A stretch of 64,000 nt of DNA from Octopus vulgaris (lineage: Eukaryota), in contig OX597814.1 of the NCBI GenBank assembly GCA_951406725.2, positions 372,001-436,000 on the forward strand, given 5' to 3'. Both the position numbers and the translations under genes were made by a program. Each line of letters begins with the position of its first letter. Position 1 is the stretch's first letter. The notes beneath the pieces are model-generated. The model saw nothing but the letters and a program-made list of their open reading frames with translations, searched no databases and was not told where the DNA came from. This document shows, one piece after another, positions 55,036 through 64,000 of this stretch.

Positions 55036-55833
55036 CATTATATAATTAGGGCTTAGTAAAATAAATTACTTTGCCACATACTGAACTTAGTAGAAATAGC
55101 AGCCAAAAAAAATTTTTCTTAGCATTTCTACTACTTAAAGAAAATTTCTCTCAGATAATGTTTACTCCAGACAGCTCACGAAGGTTTGGGGGTAAATACA
55201 GAAAAATATCACAAGTACATAGATCGTTTGAGTACGTCAACGTTTCAAGATTAGCCAAATAAAATCAGCATTTCTTTCGTCAGCTCAAAATTTCTTAATT
55301 TGGATTTGGAAACACTAAAAAGAAGGAACTTTACCTATCAGCGAACTTGTCGCTTCAGATGAACCACTCCAACTAAACAGTGTCAACAAATTCAAAATGC
55401 GCAGGCGTAAAATTCTGCACTCCCCATTCCACCCACGTGGTCTATCTAGCAAACATTATATTTAGTGTTTCCAAATCCAAATTAAGAAATTTTGAGCTGA
55501 CGAAAGAAATGCTGATTTTATTTGGCTAAATCTTGAAACGTTGACGTACTCAAACGATCTATGTACTTGTGATATTTTTCTGTATTTACCCCCAAACCTT
55601 CGTGAGCTGTCTGGAGTAAACATTATCTGAGAGAAATTTTCTTTAAGTAGTAGAAATGCTAAGAAAAAAATTTTTTTGGCTGCTATTTCTACTAAGTTCA
55701 GTATGTGGCAAAGTAATTTATTTTACTAAGCCCTAATTATATAATGTAATATTTTGAATTCGCCTTAAATGGTCCTTTTACATACTGAACACTTGGTGAA
55801 ATTGATTAATTAATTAATTTTACCCTCAATTGT

Positions 55834-55835
<2 letters not shown>
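55035..55835. mobile_element. PLE-like pLTR with an inverted upstream copy (~285-bp arms, 141-nt spacer), sitting in (TA)n
   Basis: 55035-55319 is approximately the reverse complement of 55461-55747, and each arm carries a hammerhead. Confidence 0.85.
55491..55554 (+). ncRNA. Canonical type-I hammerhead ribozyme (mirror copy 55227-55289, minus)
   Basis: tttgag-CTGACGA-aaga..tctt-GAAA-cgt tg acg-TA-ctcaaa, with a 6-bp stem I. Predicted cleavage is after A55548. Confidence 0.9.
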
Positions 55836-55889
<54 letters not shown>

Positions 55890-55976
55890 CAGATGAACAG
55901 AAAACAAAACACGAAGACAGGTGAAGAAACAACAGGCAGATGTATTAATCTGATTCTCGGGGGAAAATGGATAGGT

Positions 55977-56012
55977 CGTTGACGTTTCGAGCCAACGCTC
56001 TTCAACAGAAAG
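55977..56012 (-). ncRNA. Minimal hammerhead-like motif with a CUGUUGA core
   Basis: ttt-CTGTTGA-a-gagc gttg gctc-GAAA-cg-TC-aa. Confidence 0.55.
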
Positions 56013-56355
56013 GGATGCGAGGTAAAAAATGGAGAGAGAAAAAATATGTACTAGGATTAAAATAAACACGAGTTTATATTATAATTATTATTTCCTACGC
56101 ATTGTGTTTATTATAATGCTTCCTGCATTTGCTCTGTTGTTCGTAACTTGCAAATGCGAAAGTACAGTAGTTGCTTAACCGTTATAATAGAAGCAGACAG
56201 GACTATGATGATAGTCTGCGCGGAGCTTGAAACTTAGCGGTAGCAGTCGTACATCTATTTGTATGCACAAGATACGTAAAGGTCTACGTATTCATTCCTC
56301 TACATACACACAAACACAAACACAGACACACAGACACATACACACACACACACAC

Positions 56356-56414
<59 letters not shown>

Positions 56415-56508
56415 CACACACACTCAAATATTTATAAATATATATTTGTGCGGGTGTATGTGTATATGAATATGAGTATATATATATATTTATATTTATA
56501 TATGTGTA

Positions 56509-56554
<46 letters not shown>

Positions 56555-56769
56555 CACGCACCAGATTGAGCAGCACATAAATGTGAAGCAAAGTAGAAAA
56601 AATAGTACTCGAATACCAAAGGCAGAGTAATATGCTTTATTAATAAAGCTGCAAAGACATCACAAAAACTGTTACTCGGAGATACAAATATATATATATG
56701 TATATATATGTGTGTTGTGTATGTGTGTGTGTATGCATATATGTATGTATGTATGTATGTATGTATATA

Positions 56770-56805
<36 letters not shown>

Positions 56806-57610
56806 TGTATGTATGTATATATATATATGTATGTGTGTATGTATGTATGTATGTATGTATGTATGTATGTATGTATGTATGTATGTATGTATGTATGTAT
56901 GTATGTATGTATGTATGTATGTGTACAGCACCAGGGTATATGGAACCTTCCCTTTCCAATGTTCTTCATGATAAAAGAGGAAAACATAAGGGGACAGTGG
57001 GACCTTAGAGGGAGAAAACTCCACAACTTCTGGGTTACCATAAAAAAAAATGAAACCGTGTCCAGGCCTACCTGTCGGATATGAACGGAACTTTCCAGAT
57101 GATCCATAGTCTCACGAGACATAAACGGAAGACCCGGATATTGGAGATGTGTGTGGGAGAGAGAGAGAGAGAGAGCCAAACAGACAGTGAAAGGAAGAGA
57201 AATAGAGAAGTGGGGGTGGGGGCGATGCGATGCACAGCAGCGCATCCTAGCAACACGGACGTAAAAGAAAATAATCAAACAAAGAAAACAAGATTCTTTA
57301 ATTAAGCAACAAATGAGAAGAGAATTTTGTCTTGATGGACAGATGTGTGATTGTTGTTGGTGGTGGCGGTGGGGGGGATATTCATGTTGTATTCCTGTTC
57401 AATATTGGGTCAGACCCTAATTGCGCTAACCTATATACAAGAAAAAGATATTCCGTCCGGGAACACAATGTCTTATGTATGTTTCTTTATTAGCCACACA
57501 GGGCTGAAAACAGAGGGGACACATTACAAAGCAGAGCTTTTCTTTTTGGGGAGAAAAAAAAAAGAAAAGAAAAAGAAAAAAGAAAAGGTGGGTAGGTTTT
57601 CGATCAAAAG

Positions 57611-57667
<57 letters not shown>

Positions 57668-57905
57668 CAAAATGGGACAAGAACGCTAAACATCCAAATA
57701 GACGATACAAAAAATACGGACGGGTCATTCGAAGCTTTTAATCTTCAGTCAAGAACCGAATCATCCTCGCAATTTCGGCTGATTAATCTTGAGATTGCTC
57801 CAATCTGGCCAGCCCCAAGGAAAAACTAAGCTAAGAGCATTAGATTCCTTGGAAAAAGAATCGAATGAATACGAAACAAGGACAGAAAAACGGACGATGT
57901 TACAC

Positions 57906-57965
<60 letters not shown>

Positions 57966-58131
57966 GTGTGTGTGTGTGTATGTGTGTGTGTGTGTGTGCG
58001 TATGTGTGTGAAAAATAGACAGATAGACAGACAGGCAGATAAATAGATTGATAGATAGACACGGAATGGACAGGACGGACGGACGGATAGATGGATGGAT
58101 GGATGGATGGACGGATGGATATGCAAGTACA

Positions 58132-58350
58132 TACGAAGGGGTGCAGAAAAGTTCCTGGTTTAAAGGATATCGCGAAAGGCCTATTCAGAGGCCCGACCGT
58201 CGGAGTTCTTTTTACAGGGCTCAGAAAAACTGCAGGACCCCTGCAATAAGTGTGTGAATCTGAGAATGGAATATGTTGAATAAAATCATAATTAATTGAT
58301 CCTCCTGTTATTTTCTTTTACCCAAAACCAGGAACTTTTCAGTTCACGTA
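58132..58350. mobile_element. Mariner-derived MITE
   Basis: TA-flanked TIRs tacg..gaaaagttcctggttt / aaaccaggaacttttc..cgta, with an internal remnant ..KCVNLRMEYVE*. Confidence 0.8.
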
Positions 58351-58757
58351 TTTCTATACAATTAACTACATTATCAAAAATGTTCCTTTTTGTCCAAGAA
58401 ATGCTATTGATGTTGTTTATCCCTTTTTCAGTTCTGGGTCAGCCTCGACTCGATAGAGCTCAAATGAAAGGCATCCCAAATATGACCATCACGTCCTTTT
58501 TTTTGTTAAAACGATAGTGCAGTGTATAATTTGAGGTGTGCTATTTCCACGAGATGGAGTGACCCATAGAAGCCCCTGTAGGATGTGAGATGCGCTGTGT
58601 AACCAATGGCTGTGTGTGTGTGTAGGGAAGTGGGGTTGGGTGTTAGAAAGGGATCAGTCAGAAAGCTGGCTTAATATGGATATTCCAAGACTTCGTTCTA
58701 CGAGACTCCAGTTGGTCATTACCGACTGGTTTATTCCGACTTGCTACCTCTCGCATA

Positions 58758-58794
<37 letters not shown>

Positions 58795-59125
58795 ACACAC
58801 ATCCTCTCTTTTCTCCATACTCTCTCGCACACACAGACAATATCCCTCTCTTTCTCTCTCGTACACACACACTCACACACACACACCAGTCTCTCTCTCT
58901 CTCTCTCTCTGGAAGTTGTCTGTGCGTACGCGTGCGCACGCGATTGGATGACTGTGTATGCGAGTATCTGCATGTGAGTGTGTGTGTGTGTGTGTGTGTG
59001 AGGCGTTCGATTAGTTCTTTGTGCACGTGTCAATCAATTTTTTCTGTCTATTGTCTTTCCCTGTGCCTCCATGTGTGTGTCGGCAAGTGCGCATACGCAC
59101 ACACACTGATAGATAGATAGGTAGG

Positions 59126-59157
<32 letters not shown>

Positions 59158-59185
59158 AGGAGAGAAAGAGAGAGAGAGAGAGAAG

Positions 59186-59217
<32 letters not shown>

Positions 59218-59243
59218 AGGAGAGAAAGAGAGAGAGAGAGAAG

Positions 59244-59275
<32 letters not shown>

Positions 59276-59314
59276 AGGAGAGAAAGAGAGAAAGATAGAG
59301 AGAGATTGCTAGAA

Positions 59315-59345
<31 letters not shown>

Positions 59346-59893
59346 AATGTAGATATAGATATAGGTAGATATAGATATATATATATGTGTATATATTGGC
59401 CTGTTCGCTTAGCCAGCGGGGTGGCATCATTTGAAGGCTAAAACAATGCAAAGCGCATTGTGACCAGCGATGTGTAGCAACATCTGATAGCCTGGTCGGT
59501 CACGATGATCACGGTGATATTATATATATATATATACACACTCGCGCGTGCACATACACGCAGACATGCATATTTATATGTGTATGCGAATACGTGTTTT
59601 GTGTTGCATCTGTAATTAAAATATTCAAAACACGAAACATCGCAGTGAATATTGAGAAACTGGTTTTTTGGTCAAGCTTAATTAACTGCCAGCCCACAGC
59701 TAATTTACCACCGTAGCTATTGCTGATGTGTAAAGAACCTCCCTCCATGCCCGTCCAAGACAAACAACCGTTTTAGTGATGCATATTTAGCCGAAGTCAA
59801 CTAGCTATCATTACACAGAGAATACAATATGTGACTGATACATATTTTATTAGTTGTACAATTAGAGGCAGTAGTAAGTACTAGTAGTAGTAA

Positions 59894-59953
<60 letters not shown>

Positions 59954-60160
59954 CAGCAGCAGCAGCAGTTTGCAATTACCATATGATCGATCCCCCATAA
60001 AACTACTAGACGTGTTGTCAACATATTTATTTTTATGTAATCAAACATACATACTGTGTATAAAAGATATATGTATATATATATATATTATGGATGATAT
60101 GCGTATAAAACGTGTTTGTATGTATGCATATATAACGATAGATAGATAGATAGATAGACG

Positions 60161-60218
<58 letters not shown>

Positions 60219-60358
60219 CTTAACACACAGGAATAAATTTACAAATATATATATATATATATATATATGGGGGGGGAGAAATGTGTGTGAACGTGTCTAT
60301 GCTGAATACGCGTAAGTTTCCGTGCGTACTTGCGTGTGTGTGTGTGTGTGTGTGTGTG

Positions 60359-60396
<38 letters not shown>

Positions 60397-61272
60397 GTGT
60401 TTGGTGTAAACCTGTCAAAAACAAAATAAAGAGGGTGTGCTTGTTGGTGGTGGTGAAGGGTATATATATATGTATATTACATATTAAAAGAGAAGACAGA
60501 GAACGACTCACCTCTCCAAAGCGCTGTGTATATCCATATGATAGCAGCTGTAGCGGTTGGTGGGAGGGGAGTGGTGTGAGTGTAATACAGCAGTCGGCGT
60601 ATAGAAAGCAGGCGGAGAGAGAGAGAGAGAGAGAGAGAGAGGGGGAGTTACCAAGACAGACTACTTCTTTCACTATCACTTTCTCGGTTTTCAGTTGATA
60701 TTCACACACAGACACGGGTACCGTGTACATATACACGAATAAAGCTGCCAACACAGACACATATTCACACATACACACACACACCATACGCACGCACACA
60801 GTTACACGCACTTGCAAAGAAACAACAACACATACACAAATAGCGACGCACGCGCGCATTTACACACACACACACACTCGGACACATTTTGTTTTCTTCC
60901 TTTCTTCTCTCTCTCTCTCTCTCTCTTTCTCTCTTTCTCATTCTTGTTTCTCTACTCCTCCCCAACCTCTTCTATATTTATATATGTGAATATATATATA
61001 TATATATATGCACATATATATATATATATATACACACATACACACACACACATATATATATATGCCTATACATATATATACATATATGTGTGTATGTATA
61101 TATATATATGCACATATGCACACACACATATATATATACCTATACATATATATACATATATATACATATATATACATATATGTGTGTGTATGTATATACA
61201 TATATATGCACATATACACACACACATATATATATACATATATATATATGTGTGTGTACGTATATATATATA

Positions 61273-61314
<42 letters not shown>

Positions 61315-63090
61315 CACGCACACATATATACACACACACACACGCACATATATATATATCCTTTCTCTCATACATATATACGTGTGCGTGTGTGCATTCC
61401 TGCTTTCCACCGCCACCCACGACTACTCCCCGCCCTTATCTTGTACTTACCTATTTCAGCTTCCTTACCTATTTCTCTTCACCTTCATCCCCTCCCCTCA
61501 TCACTCTACCATTCTCTCCTCCCCCTCCTACACACTCTCTCTCTCTCTCCCTCATTCTCTCACCCTTTCTCCTCTCTATATTCCTCAGTTACCCAACATA
61601 AAACTACGCAAACTTTCACCACTCCTCATCCTACTCCACCCTCCTCTTCTCTCGCTTCTACCTTACCTGCTCCACCTTCGTCTTCACCCTTTTCTTCTTC
61701 CTATCTCCTATTCTCTCCCCCGCCTTCTCTTTCTTCCTTCTCTCTCCTCTTCTCCTCCCCCCTCTCTATATACATAGTTTTTGTCCGTACCACTAGAAAA
61801 CTAAAAGAAACTTTCATTCTTCCTCCTCCCCTTCGTTCTCCTACCTCTCCCCATCGCTTCACTTCTCTCCCTCCTACCCTCTCGCAACATCTAACATCCC
61901 ACTTCCTCTATTCTTCGCTTTATAAGGGTAAACTCTTTACTCTTTACTCTTTACTCTTTTACTTGTTTCAGTCATTTGACTGCGGCCATGCTGGAGCACC
62001 GCCTTTAGTCGAGCAAATCGACCCCGGGACTTATTCTTTGTAAGCCCAGTACTTATTCTATCGGTGTCTTTTTGCCGAACCGCTAGGTGACGGGGACGTA
62101 AACACACTAGCATCGGTTGTCAAGCAATGCTAGGGGGACAAACAGAGACACACAAACACACACACACACACATACATATATACATATATACGACAGGCTT
62201 CTTTCAGTTTCCGTCTACCAAATCCACTCACAAGGCATTGGTCGGCCTGGGGCTATAGCAGAAGACACTTGCCCAAGGTGCCATGCAGTGGGACTGAACC
62301 CGGAACCATGTGGTTGGGAAGCAAGCTACTTACCACACAGCCACTCCTGCGCCTATCTGTGTATTTACCTATTATATCTGTGTATGTATGAATACTTACA
62401 TATGTATATATATATACATACATATATACGACGACGATGTACATTGAAGGTGGAGGCGCAACGGCCCAGTGGTTAGGATAGCGGACTCGTGGTCGTAGGA
62501 TCGCGGTTTCGATTCCCAGACTGGGCGTTGTGAGTGTTTATTGTGCGAAAAAGATTTATAGCGAACCCTGTCGTACTCCATCACCACAACCTTCTCTCTT
62601 TCTTCCTATTTCTGTTGTACCTGTCTTTCAAAGGGCCTGCCCACAAGGGGCTAAACACAGAGGGGACAAACAAGGACAGACAAAGGGATTAAGTCGATGA
62701 CATTCACCCCAGTACATAACTGGTACTTTATTTATCGACCCCGAAAGGATGAAAGGCAAAGTCAACCTTAGCGGAATTTGAACTCAGAATGTAAAGACAG
62801 ACGAAATACCTATTTCTTTACTACCCACAAGGGGCTACACACAAGGGGCTACACACAGAAGGGACAAACAAGGACAGACAAACGGATCAAGTCGATTATA
62901 TCGACCCCAGTGCGTAACTGGTACTTATTTAATCGACCCTGAAAGGATGAAAGGCAAAGTCGACCTCGGCGGAATTTGAACTCAGAACGTAGCGGCAGAC
63001 GAAATACTGCTCAGCATTTCGCCCTGCGTGCTAACGGTTCTGCCAGCTCATCGCCCTATTTTCTTCTCTTTTTTTTTCTTATCAGAATTT

Positions 63091-63361
63091 CATTGGGCTC
63101 ACTGTCCAAGGCTACGACACCACAGTGTGCGCTATGGCGACCAGAGCTCGCTCTGGGCGCCATTGGGCTCACTGTCCAAGGCTACGACACCACAGTGAGC
63201 GCTATGGTGACCAGAGCTCGCTCTGAGCGCCATTGGGATCACTGTCCAAGGCTACGACACCTGAGTGAGCGTTATGGCGACCAGAGCTCGCTCTGGGCGC
63301 CATTGGGCTCACTGTCCAAGGCTACGACACCACAGTGAGCGCTATGGTGACCAGAGCTCGC
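63091..63361. repeat. 70-bp GC-rich tandem repeat (~3.9 copies) with an internal palindrome
   Basis: Units start at 63091, 63161, 63231 and 63301. Confidence 0.95.
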
Positions 63362-64000
63362 AAAAACACCATCCTGCTTCGGCACATTCATGAGCTTCTG
63401 TGTCAGTGCTGGGAAGAGGGTACAGTCCCTCAGGATATGCGGAATGCTAACATCATTACTCTTTACAAAAATAAAAGTGACCGTGGTGATTGTAACAATT
63501 ACCGTGGAATATCTCTTCTAAGCACTGTTGGAAAGGCCTCTGCTCGCATTATCCTGTCCAGGCTGCAACTAATTGCTTCTCGAATTTATCCAGAATCGCA
63601 GTGTGGCTTTAGAAGAAGCAGATCAACTATTGACATGATATTCTCCATACGCTAACCCCAGGAGAAGTCCAGAGAGCAGAAAATGCCATTATATATGGCC
63701 TTCATTGATCTGACAAAGGGCTTTGACTTGGTAAGTAGAACAGGCCTCTTCATCCTGCTCCAAAAAATCGGATGTCCACCAAAGCTGCTGAGGATCATCA
63801 GATCTTTCCATGATGATATGCAAGGCACCATACAGCACAATGGTTCAACATCAGCCGCCTTCAAATAAAAAATGGGGTAGAGCAAGGTTGTGTCCTTGCT
63901 CCTACATTATTTGGCATCTTCTTCTCGCTGCTGCTGTCACATGCCTTTGAGACATCAGATGATGGAGTGTTTCTGCACAGTAGATGTGATGGGAAACTGT
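63362..64000 (+). mobile_element. RTE-clade LINE reverse transcriptase, degenerate, continuing past the window end
   Basis: CWEEGTVPQDMRNANIITLYKNK..DCNNYRGISLLS..PESQCGFR..STIDMIF..FIDLTKGFD..GVEQGCVLAPTLF, with in-frame stops. Confidence 0.95.

Noticed and set aside
63091-63361. CRISPR-like reading of the palindromic array
   Set aside because: The linkers are essentially identical rather than unique spacers, the context is eukaryotic and there are no cas genes.

Overview
This is AT-rich, microsatellite-saturated eukaryotic DNA, intronic or intergenic. Its SINE repertoire resembles that of Octopus, which is my recognition and not a database result. Almost all ORF-track entries are translations of simple repeats, and I cannot support any intact host gene. 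Identifiable coding remnants are all transposon-derived: Helitron RepHel, two R4/Dong-type RLE LINE ends, a HERO-type RLE end, RTE, CR1/L2, mariner, a Tc1/maT-like element and a hAT C-terminus. There are also non-autonomous Helitrons, hAT MITEs with 8-bp TSDs and many tRNA-derived SINEs. The main hidden signal is RNA structure. (1) About 15 type-I hammerhead ribozyme motifs occur in at least 6 sequence families, mostly in Penelope-like (PLE) pseudo-LTR fragments sitting in (TA)n and often as inverted pairs. They include a U3-A8 compensatory core and extra-A, C4 and U6 core variants. (2) One family joins a tRNA-type Pol III head to a hammerhead-bearing tail and occurs as head-to-head pairs. (3) Many unrelated imperfect fold-backs lie in otherwise unique sequence. 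(4) A 70-bp tandem array folds into one 54-nt hairpin per period.
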